A DNA stretch of 64,000 nucleotides from Microgenomates group bacterium (GTDB lineage: Bacteria > Patescibacteriota > Microgenomatia > Daviesbacterales > UBA10151). Each line of letters starts with the position of its first letter. The stretch's first letter is position 1. Below the pieces are notes generated by a model. The model saw nothing but the letters and a program-made list of their open reading frames with translations. It was not told the DNA's origin and searched no databases. Made by a program: the position numbers and the translations under genes. Shown here one piece after another: positions 1-9,200 of the stretch. The DNA is taken from NCBI GenBank assembly GCA_041659805.1, contig JBAZXP010000001.1:589-64588 (forward strand), given 5' to 3'.

Positions 1-2
1 TG

Positions 3-3000
3 ACTAATGCTTCTGCTAATGGGTATACCTGGGGATCATCTAGTACATCAGCTGTTGATGCTTCTGGTAATGTTTCTGCTTCTTTAATTCCTACAGTTAC
101 TGATACTTATGATTTAGGTAGTGCTTCTAAAGAATGGAATAACATTTATGTTAAATCCTTAACAGGTACTGGCACCTTAAATGTAGGGAGCATATCTACA
201 TCTGGTAATCTAACCTTTACCACTCCTAATTCCAGAATTCAGGCTGCTGATTCTTCTTCCACTAACCTTTTGGGTGCTAATAGATATGCTTATTCTAAAC
301 CTGTAACTATTACTAATTCCTCTGCTTCTACCCTAACCACTAATACCACCTATACTTTGGTTATTACTGGTTCTGATGCTGCTGCTATATATTCCAGCTC
401 ACAGGCTGATTTTGATGATGTGAGGATTGGTTATAATGGTAATAATGAAATAACCAGAATCATTGATAAATTTACATCAAGTGAAATATATATTAGATTT
501 GCCATTCAGGCAGATATAGCTGCTTCTGGTGGAACAAATAGCCTTTATGCAATTTACTGGGGTAATATAGCCGTTAGTGCCCCCACTGACTATACCGGAT
601 CCACCTTGCTTGATAGTGCTAATACCGCATCTGATTGGACTACTTCTGATGGTACAAAAATAGCTGTGACTGGAGACACCACTAACTTTACTCAAACAAC
701 AAGTAGTACCCAGCTATTTGCTTCAGGATCAAATATGACTGCTTTTTCCACAACCTCTCAAGGACAATTACCACAAACTATAATGGATCACAGTTCAGCT
801 GTAGCCGCTATTGGAGGAGCAAATTATTTATACATTATAGGGGGTGCTACAAAATCCACTGTTTATAAAGCAACTATTGATGCTTCTGGTAATATAGGAA
901 CTTTTGCCACCACCGGTCAGGGACAGTTACCATCAAATGCCTATAGAACAGGCTCTCATATACTTGCCCTAAATGGCACTAATTATATTTATACCTTAGG
1001 AGGACATAATGGAAGTATCCGTTTATCCACTGTTTATAAAGCAACTATTGATGCTTCTGGTAATATAGGAACTTTTGCTACCACCAGTCAGGGACAGTTA
1101 CCACAAGTCCTTGAAATACCTCATGAATCCAATATGGTTACTATTGGCAGCACAACTTATGTTTATGTAATAGGCGGTTATGGTTCTAGTGCTGTATCCA
1201 CTGTTTATAAAGCAACTATTGATGCTTCTGGTAATATAGGAACTTTTGCCACCACCAGTCAGGGACAGTTACCTGCTACACGTTATTTTCATAGCTCAGA
1301 AACTGTTACTATTGGCGGCACAACTTATGTTTATGTAATAGGCGGCGGCGGACCTTTATCCACTGTTTATAAAGCAACTATTGATGCTTCTGGTAATATA
1401 GGAACTTTTGCCACCACCTCCCAAAAGCAGTTGCCACAAAGTCTTCAAAATCACTCTTCAGTTGTTACTAGCGTTGCTGGAACTAATTACTTATTTGTAA
1501 TAGGTGGTGCGGGTGGTACTGGTTTATCCACTGTTTATAAAGCAACTATTGATGCTTCTGGTAATATAGGAACTTTTGCCACCACCAGTCAGGGACAGTT
1601 ACCAATACAATTGGCTTATCAAACCTCTAATTTAGTTTCAGTTGGAGGAATAAATTATATTTATACTCTGGGGGGTCAAGATCAACAAACGTATGCTACA
1701 AAATCCACAGTCTACAGATCTCAAATAGGCGGAGCTGGTGGAACTGGAGTAACAGTTAGTAGGGATTTAGGAGCTGGTACCACAATAGATCTAACTGGCA
1801 AAAATATGATTACTTTTTGGAGCAGATCTCCAGTTACAGGTGATGCTGCTAATACTGTTGTAGAATTTTCTGAGGATAATGCTACTTGGCAAACAAGTAG
1901 TGCTTTATCTTTAACAACAGCTAATACCTGGGAACAACAATACTGGGATATATCCGGGATTGCTAATGCTGCCAAAGATGCTATTAGATATATTAGATTT
2001 AGATTAACAGGAGATATTCTCCAACTTAACTTTGATTTAATGAGAGGTGAATCTAATTTCTTTGGTGGAACTACCTCTTCTTCTTTAGATTCTACTACTA
2101 CTTTTGGTAATAATTTATACCTTAATACAGAAGGGGGTGGAATTTTAGGATTAAATTATAATTCAGGATCAAATGGTGACTTTAATATTTATAATGGTGC
2201 TACCACTTCCCTATTTACAGTCAAACAAAATGGTAATGTAGGAATTGGTACTACTAATCCTCAATATCTCTTGGATGTTAATGGGACTTTAGGTATAACT
2301 GGAGCTTCCTCATTCACAGGAGCAGCTACTTTTAACTCCACTATAAATTTAACTAATTCTAATACTTTAACAGGGGTAACTAACTATATTCAGGCTAATA
2401 AGGGGTTATCTGTAGGAGCAGGTACTACTTACTACCTGGATCAATCTGGTAATTTATCTGCTAATACTGGTACTTTTGCTTCTACTTTAGGAGTTACAGG
2501 TTTAATTACAGCTTCAGGTGGGTTAACTCTACCAACTAATCAAAACCTGGCTCTTTCTTCTGGTGCTGGTACTTATTCACAAACATTTACAGGTACTACT
2601 ACAGATGCTATGACTGTTACTGCTTCATCATTATCTACTGGTACAGCCTTAACATTAACAGGGCCGACTTCAACTGGAGTTACTGATCATTTTGTAAAAA
2701 TTTCTTCTGATATTGGGGCTGCTTCTTCTTTACTTAATTTAAATCCAGACTTTTCAGGTTCAGCTGTAACTGGATATGGAATCTATAATTTAGCCACAGA
2801 TGCTACAGCTAATGGGAATACTAATTATGGGTATTATGGATCTTTAACCTTAACTGGTAATGCTGCTAAAACTGGGGTTGGTTTATATTCTACCCTTTCT
2901 ACTTCATCCACCACAGCTGATACTTTAATTGCTGCTGATTTAGCTACAAGTGTAAGTGGGATTGTGACAACAGGCACCAGAAATATCTATGGACTCCGTT

Positions 3001-4298
3001 CTCAACCAGCCTCAACTGGAGCTTCCACTGGTGGAACTACCAATGTTTATGGTGAATATGTTAAATCAGGAGGAACAGTTGGAGTAGGTGGAACCATAAA
3101 TTCTTATGGACTATACGTGGCTAATGGAACCATGAATACCACAGGTTTATCTACTAATACAGGTTTGTATGTAGAAACTCCAAGTGGGGCTGATACCAAT
3201 TATGCAGCCATTTTTGCAGGAGGAAATGTAGGTATTGGAACCACTGCCCCTGCTCATACTATTGATGTTGTTGGTGATGCAGGGTTATCTACAGGAACAT
3301 TATGGACTAATACTTCTGATTCACGAGTAAAACAAAATATAGAAACTATTCCTGATGCCCTGGGACTGATTGCCAGATTAAAGCCATCACAATATATGTA
3401 TACTCCTGAGTATTTGGCAAAACATCCTGAGATAAAAGATATAGAACATTATGGATTTATAGCCCAGGACTTCCAGGAAGTGTTCCCTGAAAGTATTTCT
3501 ACAGGAGCTGATGGATTCCTACAGGTTAATGCTTCCAATGTGATTCCTTACATGACCAAGGCTATTCAGGAGTTGTTGGCTAAATTTGAAAATCATGATA
3601 CAAGAATCAAGGATTTGGAGGATAGAATAGCTAGTGGTTCAGCGAATCAGCAGGTCAGCACATCAGCAGGTCAGCTATCCAGCACTTCTGCCGACATTGC
3701 TGATACTCTGAGTATTTCTGACACTCTGAACTTAACCCCACCATCAATTTTGCTCTCTACAATCAGTGCCCAGTTAGTTGATTTAGCAGTTACCTCTGAA
3801 GCTACTTTCTCAGGAAAATTAACAGCATATGAGGCTACTATTTCAGATACCTTTAAATCCTTGGGAGAAACTTTCCTGGGAAATACAACTGTGGCAGGTA
3901 ATTTTAATATTGATGGAACAATGAATATTTCCGGTAATTCCTTAAGCACCTTAGGTGATTTTTATATTCAAAATGGACCTCTGGCAGGAATTATAGATAT
4001 CTTTAATGGCAAAATAATTATTGATGGCTATGGAAATATCACAACTTCCGGACAAGTGACCACTCAAAAGGTAAATATCAGTGAATCTGCAGGACAAGCT
4101 ACCCTGCTTGCTGGTCAGAATTGGCTCACAATCATGAATACTCTGGTTACTGAAAATTCCCTAATCTTTATTACTCCAACTACTGTGACAGACAAAGTTA
4201 TATCTGTAACTCAAAAAAATTCAGGTTCAGATTTCACAGTTCAAATTCAAACTCCATCCACAACAGATATTAAATTTAACTGGTGGATCATTAATTAA
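3..4298 (+). CDS. Giant surface protein paralog, 5'-truncated by the window edge. The reading frame is open from nt 3; the listed M at 270 is internal. It carries a DUF2341-like domain, at least five Kelch-type propeller repeats, a second propeller/lectin-like region and a Peptidase_S74 intramolecular-chaperone (tail-fibre autoprocessing) domain, followed by a ~250-aa tail.
   Basis: The frame starting at nt 3 has no stop and reads TNASANGYTWGSS... The N-terminus aligns with an internal region of the 3056-aa ORF: '...IYSKPVTVNNTSAGT...DYDDVRISYNG...FTSSEINIRFAIQANI' versus 'YSKPVTITNSSAST...DFDDVRIGYNG...FTSSEIYIRFAIQADI'. The unit 'STVYKATIDASGNIGTFATTSQGQLP' repeats. The C-terminus 'SDSRVKQNIETIPDALGLIARLKPSQYMYTPEY...HYGFIAQDFQEVFPESI' matches the S74 IMC consensus SDxRxKxNI...GfIAQEvqeV.P. 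Confidence 0.8.
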   Translation, partial: TNASANGYTWGSSSTSAVDASGNVSASLIPTVTDTYDLGSASKEWNNIYVKSLTGTGTLNVGSISTSGNLTFTTPNSRIQAADSSSTNLLGANRYAYSKPVTITNSSASTLTTNTTYTLVITGSDAAAIYSSSQADFDDVRIGYNGNNEITRIIDKFTSSEIYIRFAIQADIAASGGTNSLYAIYWGNIAVSAPTDYTGSTLLDSANTASDWTTSDGTKIAVTGDTTNFTQTTSSTQLFASGSNMTAFSTTSQGQLPQTIMDHSSAVAAIGGANYLYIIGGATKSTVYKATIDASGNIGTFATTGQGQLPSNAYRTGSHILALNGTNYIYTLGGHNGSIRLSTVYKATIDASGNIGTFATTSQGQLPQVLEIPHESNMVTIGSTTYVYVIGGYGSSAVSTVYKATIDASGNIGTFATTSQGQLPATRYFHSSETVTIGGTTYVYVIGGGGPLSTVYKATIDASGNIGTFATTSQKQLPQSLQNHSSVVTSVAGTNYLFVIGGAGGTGLSTVYKATIDASGNIGTFATTSQGQLPIQLAYQTSNLVSVGGINYIYTLGGQDQQTYATKSTVYRSQIGGAGGTGVTVSRDLGAGTTIDLTGKNMITFWSRSPVTGDAANTVVEFSEDNATWQTSSALSLTTANTWEQQYWDISGIANAAKDAIRYIRFRLTGDILQLNFDLMRGESNFFGGTTSSSLDSTTTFGNNLYLNTEGGGILGLNYNSGSNGDFNIYNGATTSLFTVKQNGNVGIGTTNPQYLLDVNGTLGITGASSFTGAATFNSTINLTNSNTLTGVTNYIQANKGLSVGAGTTYYLDQSGNLSANTGTFASTLGVTGLITASGGLTLPTNQNLALSSGAGTYSQTFTGTTTDAMTVTASSLSTGTALTLTGPTSTGVTDHFVKISSDIGAASSLLNLNPDFSGSAVTGYGIYNLATDATANGNTNYGYYGSLTLTGNAAKTGVGLYSTLSTSSTTADTLIAADLATSVSGIVTTGTRNIYGLRSQPASTGASTGGTTNVYGEYVKSGGTVGVGGTINSYGLYVANGTMNTTGLSTNTGLYVETPSGADTNYAAIFAGGNVGIGTTAPAHTIDVVGDAGLSTGTLWTNTSDSRVKQNIETIPDALGLIARLKPSQYMYTPEYLAKHPEIKDIEHYGFIAQDFQEVFPESISTGADGFLQVNASNVIPYMTKAIQELLAKFENHDTRIKDLEDRIASGSANQQVSTSAGQLSSTSADIADTLSISDTLNLTPPSILLSTISAQLVDLAVTSEATFSGKLTAYEATISDTFKSLGETFLGNTTVAGNFNIDGTMNISGNSLSTLGDFYIQNGPLAGIIDIFNGKIIIDGYGNITTSGQVTTQKVNISESAGQATLLAGQNWLTIMNTLVTENSLIFITPTTVTDKVISVTQKNSGSDFTVQIQTPSTTDIKFNWWIIN
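845..1610 (+). repeat. Intragenic tandem repeats: five near-identical ~171-nt (57-aa) units encoding propeller blades.
   Basis: The string 'tccactgtttataaagcaactattgatgcttctggtaatataggaacttttgccaccac(c/t)(a/g)gtcagggacagttacc' recurs at about 855, 1026, 1197, 1359 and 1527. Periods are 171, 171, 162 and 168 nt. A sixth unit near 1700 is degenerate. Confidence 0.85.
3225..3625 (+). repeat. Long dispersed repeat, copy A, pairing with 59280..59680. It is the S74-domain coding block shared by the two giant paralogs and includes a ~105-nt stretch of 100% nucleotide identity.
   Basis: 'ggtattggaaccactgcccctgctcatactattgatgttgttggtgatgcagggttatctacaggaacattatggactaatacttctgattcacgagtaaa' is identical at 3236-3340 and 59289-59393. 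The flanks are about 90% identical. Confidence 0.85.
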
Positions 4299-4302
4299 AT
4301 TT

Positions 4303-4572
4303 ATGTATAATACATTTATGAAAAGAGATTTTTATTTAGGCTTGGCTTTTCTACTGCTAATAGGTCTTACTGTTATTCCTGCTACTCTACCAAAATCTGA
4401 AGCTAAAAATTCAACCCAAATTGCTCCTGCTGAAAATAAAGCTGAAAATAAAGCTGAAAATCAAAATACAGTTTTGTGCCAAAATCAGGGAACAGATGAA
4501 ATCTCCGCTTTAACAAACCAAAATTCTGATTCCAGTTCCTGTTTATTTTTGGGCTGCAACGGCTTCTTTTAA
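4303..4572 (+). CDS. Small secreted protein. It has a signal peptide, an AENK x3 repeat and a Cys-containing C-terminus.
   Basis: The hydrophobic N-terminus is 'LGLAFLLLIGLTVIPA'. The repeat is 'AENKAENKAENQN'. The C-terminus is 'SSCLFLGCNGFF'. There is no homology signal, and the ORF lies immediately 3' of the giant paralog. Confidence 0.3.
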   Translation: MYNTFMKRDFYLGLAFLLLIGLTVIPATLPKSEAKNSTQIAPAENKAENKAENQNTVLCQNQGTDEISALTNQNSDSSSCLFLGCNGFF

Positions 4573-4590
4573 AACAGCTCACACAAGTTC

Positions 4591-6258
4591 TTAAATGCTG
4601 GCGTCAGGGCTACTTTCTTTAACAGAATTAATTTCTTTTTTTAATAACTCCAGCTGGCTAAGATTCCACTTAGCAATTTCTTCCTGAGTATAATCTTTCA
4701 ATGCCTGTTGGTAGGTCATATAAAAACCTCTACTATCAGGAGAAATTTCTACCTTTTTTTTATCTAAATATGCCAAATGTTCGGGAAGCCTATAAAATGA
4801 AGGAGAGAAAGTTAAATAAAATAAACCATAAAAGTTTCTGAAACCATAAATAAAAGTGGATTCATTCTGATTCTTGGCAATAACCATCTTTTGCCTCAAC
4901 CGGTGCATATCTAGAACAATATTGGTCATCAAAAGGTTAATTTTACCTATTTTTCTTTGATATTCTAAGCTCCTGGTTAAAAATTCTTCCCTCATTTTTT
5001 TGACTTCATCAGTCTGCACATCCCCCAATATTTTGTAAAAATAAGCATAGTACTGAGTTAAATTATCAGCACTCACCTCCGAAGGAAATTCTTCTTTAAA
5101 AAAAGCTTTTTCCAAGGTATCCCCTTTTTGGGCTGCCTGTTTTACTTCTTCTGGTAAAGTATCTTGCTGAAGAATTTTTGCAAAAAGTGGCAAATTTTTA
5201 TAGGAGCGGTAAAATTTATCTATAGCCACTAAAGTTGCTTCATAAGACGGATCATTACACATATAAAGATTTGTTTCTGTTTGGAGTATCCAGGCACTAT
5301 TAGATTTGGTAAGAAAATTTCCAATGCCGCTAGGATTGGCTACTAATTTGATATAAAAATTAGTGGAAGCTAGTTTAAGATTAGCCTTATCAAGGTTGCT
5401 AAGCTCACGGGCAAAAAAAATGTCACTTACATAAAAAGGATAAAAGATTGGTTTTAAATCTTGACTCCACCCATAACAGGCTGTTGAAACTACATAAGGG
5501 CCAAAAAATGGTCTTTTTTGTTCATCTTTTCTAAATAAAACATTATTTGGCAAAATGTCTTTTTGAGAAAATTTGGTATTTTCCGCCTTGATTTGTGGTT
5601 CTACCAGAGAACTGGTAGGAATTTGACATCCAACTCCTGTTTGTAAGCAATGTTCACGGTTATCAATTTCCCTACCTAATTCATTGGCGTTTTCTACTAA
5701 TTTTGCCAAATCGCTCCTAATTACCTGATAACTTACACTGGTATTTATGCCTATATAAGAGCTACTATCTGGAAACTGGTTGCCTTGTAAAACCTTGTTC
5801 AAACTAGTTATTGAAGTTTGATAATCCTGCTGAGTTTTTCGATAAACAGATACCATCAGTAAAGCTGAAGAGGTGGAAGGTTTGCTAATAAATTCTTTGT
5901 GCTGTTTATCTACTTCAACTATGTCTTTTAAAAAAGCAACCGGATAAAGTGGATCACTTGTTTTTAAGTAGGTCTGTATTAATTTTTCTTCTGTTTCCAA
6001 AGCTAAAACATCTTCTAAAAACTTTGGAGAATCAAAATCAGGACTAGTAAATAGTGGATCTTCTTTAATCCACTGATAAAACTGATTTAAATCTTTAGCT
6101 TGAATGGGTGGCTTATCTGCGCTGGAACGAGAAAAAAATAACGATTTCTTAATCTGATTAAATATATCATTATGAGTAAAAATTATACCCAAAATTAATG
6201 TTAATAAAATAGTAAAGATTACAAAATTATTTTTTTTCTTCATTTGTCCCAGAATCAT
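4591..6258 (-). CDS. Hypothetical membrane-anchored protein: an N-terminal TM helix followed by a large soluble domain.
   Basis: It is a 555-aa ORF with the N-terminus 'NFVIFTILLTLILGIIFTH'. No recognisable catalytic motifs. Confidence 0.45.
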   Translation of the reverse strand: MILGQMKKKNNFVIFTILLTLILGIIFTHNDIFNQIKKSLFFSRSSADKPPIQAKDLNQFYQWIKEDPLFTSPDFDSPKFLEDVLALETEEKLIQTYLKTSDPLYPVAFLKDIVEVDKQHKEFISKPSTSSALLMVSVYRKTQQDYQTSITSLNKVLQGNQFPDSSSYIGINTSVSYQVIRSDLAKLVENANELGREIDNREHCLQTGVGCQIPTSSLVEPQIKAENTKFSQKDILPNNVLFRKDEQKRPFFGPYVVSTACYGWSQDLKPIFYPFYVSDIFFARELSNLDKANLKLASTNFYIKLVANPSGIGNFLTKSNSAWILQTETNLYMCNDPSYEATLVAIDKFYRSYKNLPLFAKILQQDTLPEEVKQAAQKGDTLEKAFFKEEFPSEVSADNLTQYYAYFYKILGDVQTDEVKKMREEFLTRSLEYQRKIGKINLLMTNIVLDMHRLRQKMVIAKNQNESTFIYGFRNFYGLFYLTFSPSFYRLPEHLAYLDKKKVEISPDSRGFYMTYQQALKDYTQEEIAKWNLSQLELLKKEINSVKESSPDASI

Positions 6259-6328
6259 AATATAAAATAACTTAAAAAGAAATTACGTTTGTTTTTCTTC
6301 CCTGTCTCTGCTAAACTCAAAAAATCTT

Positions 6329-7087
6329 ATGGCTAAACAGAATGGTGCTTATATCTCTTTTGAGAATATGTCCCTAACCTATTTTAACCCTATTAAAAAC
6401 CTTTCTACTGAAGCTTTAAGGAACATCTCCCTTAAGGTATATCAGGGCGAATTTGTAACCATTGTAGGACCTTCTGGTTGTGGAAAAACAAGTCTGCTTT
6501 ATTGTCTGGGAGGATTGATCAATCCCACCAAAGGAAACCTTACTGTTAAAGGCAAAACAGCTGTTGTTTTTCAGGATTCTCTGCTTTTGCCATGGAGAAC
6601 AGTTTTGGGAAATGTTGTATATGGTTTGGAAATCCAAAAAATAAAAAAATCTGAGGTGCAAAGCAAAGCCAGACAAGTTATTAAACTGGTCGGTCTTTCG
6701 GATTTTGAAAATTACCATCCTTACGAACTATCCGGTGGCATGAAACAAAGAGTAAATCTAGCCCGTGCTTTGTGCACAGAACCTGAAGTGTTACTTTTAG
6801 ATGAACCTTTTGCTCACTTAGATGCCCAAACCAGAGAATTAATGCAGCAGGAACTAATAAATATCTCACAAAAAAATAAGAAAACTTTTATCTTTGTCAC
6901 TCATCAAATTGATGAGGCAATTTTTTTAGCAGATAAAATTATTGTTTTGAGTAAAAAACCAGGCACTATTAAAGAAATAATTAAAGTTAATCTCCCTAAA
7001 CCCAGAACTTTGAATTTAAAAAATACTGCAAAGTTTGCCAAGATCAAAAAACATGTCTGGAGGTTAATTAGTAATGAAGTTAATTAA
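6329..7087 (+). CDS. ABC transporter ATP-binding protein of the NitT/TauT (SsuB/TauB-like) family.
   Basis: Walker A is 'GPSGCGKTSLL'. The ABC signature is 'LSGGMKQRVNLARAL'. Walker B is 'LLLDEPFAHLD'. The H-loop is 'FVTHQIDEA'. Confidence 0.9.
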   Translation: MAKQNGAYISFENMSLTYFNPIKNLSTEALRNISLKVYQGEFVTIVGPSGCGKTSLLYCLGGLINPTKGNLTVKGKTAVVFQDSLLLPWRTVLGNVVYGLEIQKIKKSEVQSKARQVIKLVGLSDFENYHPYELSGGMKQRVNLARALCTEPEVLLLDEPFAHLDAQTRELMQQELINISQKNKKTFIFVTHQIDEAIFLADKIIVLSKKPGTIKEIIKVNLPKPRTLNLKNTAKFAKIKKHVWRLISNEVN

Positions 7088-7856
7088 TAAATTCATTAAA
7101 TCTAAAGAAGATTTGATTCTGGGTTTATTCGGCCTGTCGCTTTTTCTGATTCTCTGGGCAGAAGCAGCACAATTGAAATGGATTGCACCGATTTTTATCA
7201 GCTCTCCTGGTGAAGTTACTAAAGAAGTTATTATAATGTTTCAAAACCGCACTATTTTTCCCCATCTTGCAATTAGCTTAACAGAGTTCTTATTAGGTTT
7301 CTCAGCAGCAGCATTTTTAGGTATAATTTTCGGGATATTAATAGGTTGGTACAAGAAATTAAGAGGTCTAACCAGCCTATTAATTTTTGCTTTATATTCT
7401 ACTCCTACAATTGCCATTTTGCCCCTGATTGTAATCTGGTTAGGATTTGACATCTGGACAAAGGTTTTGATTGTATTCTTATCAGCTTTTTTTCCAATCC
7501 TGATAAACACCATGAGCGGAGTAGAAAATCTCAACTCAGATTTAATCAGGCTAGGCAGATCATTTGGAGCAAATGATTTGGCTATTTTCCGAACCATTGC
7601 CTTGCCTGGCTCACTGCCTTTTATCGTTACCGGACTTAGGCTGGCAGTTACCAGAGGCATGATAGGCATGTTAATTGGAGAATTTTATGTTTCCAATAAA
7701 GGATTAGGCTATTTAATCACTTCTTATGGTTCCTCTTTTCAAACAAGCAAGTTCCTGGCTGTAGTTTTACTGGTAGTCCTTATCGGTATAACGCTGACCC
7801 AAACAATAGGCTTACTTGAAAACAAACTCAAAAGCTGGAAAATCAGTAGAGATTAA
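7074..7856 (+). CDS. ABC transporter permease (BPD_transp_1, SsuC/TauC-like).
   Basis: It has six predicted TM segments and overlaps the ATPase gene by 14 nt. The EAA-like loop is '...LGANDLAIFRTIALPGSLPFIVTGLRLAVTRG'. Confidence 0.8.
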   Translation: MKLINKFIKSKEDLILGLFGLSLFLILWAEAAQLKWIAPIFISSPGEVTKEVIIMFQNRTIFPHLAISLTEFLLGFSAAAFLGIIFGILIGWYKKLRGLTSLLIFALYSTPTIAILPLIVIWLGFDIWTKVLIVFLSAFFPILINTMSGVENLNSDLIRLGRSFGANDLAIFRTIALPGSLPFIVTGLRLAVTRGMIGMLIGEFYVSNKGLGYLITSYGSSFQTSKFLAVVLLVVLIGITLTQTIGLLENKLKSWKISRD

Positions 7857-9157
7857 TCTAAATGGGAAACTATATATCTATGCTTACCTATAGACTGAAA
7901 AGAGTCTACAAATTCTATTTCCAATGGCAAAAACACTTTTTCTGCGACTAAATCTACCAAAGTTTTTTTAGCTGATAAAAATAATTTTTCACTGATCCCC
8001 TTTTCCAAAGTAGCCTTAATAAATCTTTGTTTTGCTTTATTTTTTTCTTTTACAACAACTTGCAATTTTAATCTGGGCATGATTTTATCTTGAACCATAT
8101 CTTCAAAAACATGTAACTGCCATAGTGGCTCATCCAGGTGTACATAAAATGACAACAAAGCGTTTTCTATTATATGGGCATAGATAGAAGTTCCATGAAT
8201 TCTAATAACATCATGATTTATCCTGCCTAAAACCTTGAATCTTTTTAACTGACCGCACTTACACTTAAAATCCTCCATTTCTACCGCATCTCCTGTTTTA
8301 TAACGAATAAGCGGAAAGCCGTTTTTATGTAAATGAGTCACAACTAACTCACTCCCTTCCATGAAATCTATTGTTTCAAGATAATACTTAGGTGAAGGAT
8401 GAAAATAACCTGTCATCAGCGTGTTTAAATATTTACAGTAAAGACCAACAGATTCCCCTTGCCCTTCTGATAAACCATATCTGCGCACAATTAAAGCCCT
8501 ACTAAATAACTTTCTAAAAAGGGAAGCTTTTTGCTTAGAACAATATTCTCCCATTAAAGAAATTCGCTTAATTTTTTTTAAGTCATACTCTTTCTTTAGA
8601 AAAGGAATAAAAAAATATAAAATTGTAGGCGAAGTAAATAATACGTCTACCTTAAGCTTGGCAGCTATTTTAGCTGATAAAGACAAATCATTAATATCTC
8701 CCATAACATCTATGAAATTTTTTCCGGTTTTCTGCCTTGTAACATAGCCTTCAATTATGTCTTTAGCAGCCTGTATCTGAGGCATAAGACGCATGATTGC
8801 TGTTGGCTTAAAGCTAGAATCAGGATTCACATTAACGTTAACTTTTCTTATACCTATTTGCCTAAAAATAATTGATAAGGAATCAGGAGTAGAAACAGTG
8901 CCGCTGGAAATACTAACAGTGCCAAATTTTTTCCAGGGCAAAAAAAACCTTTCGAAAGGATCAGACTTTACAATTTCATCTTTAGTTAAAAACGGTAACT
9001 TCTTAAAATCTTCTAAAGCATTAAAATCTTTTATTAAATTAATACCTAACTTGGAGTATTTATCCCTATAAAATGAAGAGTTAGGGTTATCCCAAACAAA
9101 ATCTAAAATTCTTTTTATTTTTTTAAATGAAACATCGGACTGAGGATTTTTTATCAT
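7853..9157 (-). CDS. PaaK/CapK-like adenylate-forming enzyme (phenylacetate-CoA ligase / coenzyme F390 synthetase family), paralog 1.
   Basis: The N-terminal 'FYRDKYSKLGINLIKDFNALEDFKKLPFLTKDEIV...VSISSGT' follows the PaaK pattern 'Y.YRrKFdaaGv.p.d...L.dLrKfPfTtK.DLR...SSGTTG'. 'LIRYKTGDAVEM' matches PaaK 'VIRYRTRDLTRL'. The A3 P-loop is degenerate. Confidence 0.55.
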   Translation of the reverse strand: MIKNPQSDVSFKKIKRILDFVWDNPNSSFYRDKYSKLGINLIKDFNALEDFKKLPFLTKDEIVKSDPFERFFLPWKKFGTVSISSGTVSTPDSLSIIFRQIGIRKVNVNVNPDSSFKPTAIMRLMPQIQAAKDIIEGYVTRQKTGKNFIDVMGDINDLSLSAKIAAKLKVDVLFTSPTILYFFIPFLKKEYDLKKIKRISLMGEYCSKQKASLFRKLFSRALIVRRYGLSEGQGESVGLYCKYLNTLMTGYFHPSPKYYLETIDFMEGSELVVTHLHKNGFPLIRYKTGDAVEMEDFKCKCGQLKRFKVLGRINHDVIRIHGTSIYAHIIENALLSFYVHLDEPLWQLHVFEDMVQDKIMPRLKLQVVVKEKNKAKQRFIKATLEKGISEKLFLSAKKTLVDLVAEKVFLPLEIEFVDSFQSIGKHRYIVSHLD

Positions 9158-9200
9158 TTTCGAGAAATTATACTATAGTTATTGACAAAATATTCAAACA

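Noticed and set aside
477-695. Numerous 60-196-aa antisense or out-of-frame ORFs lie inside the giant genes and other long CDSs, for example 477..695, 1721..1975, 52509..52709, 54502..54702 and 58446..59036.
   Set aside because: They are low-complexity translations of codon-biased repeats on the opposite strand or in alternative frames, and are fully contained in strongly supported genes. They have no independent start or RBS signal or domain signatures.
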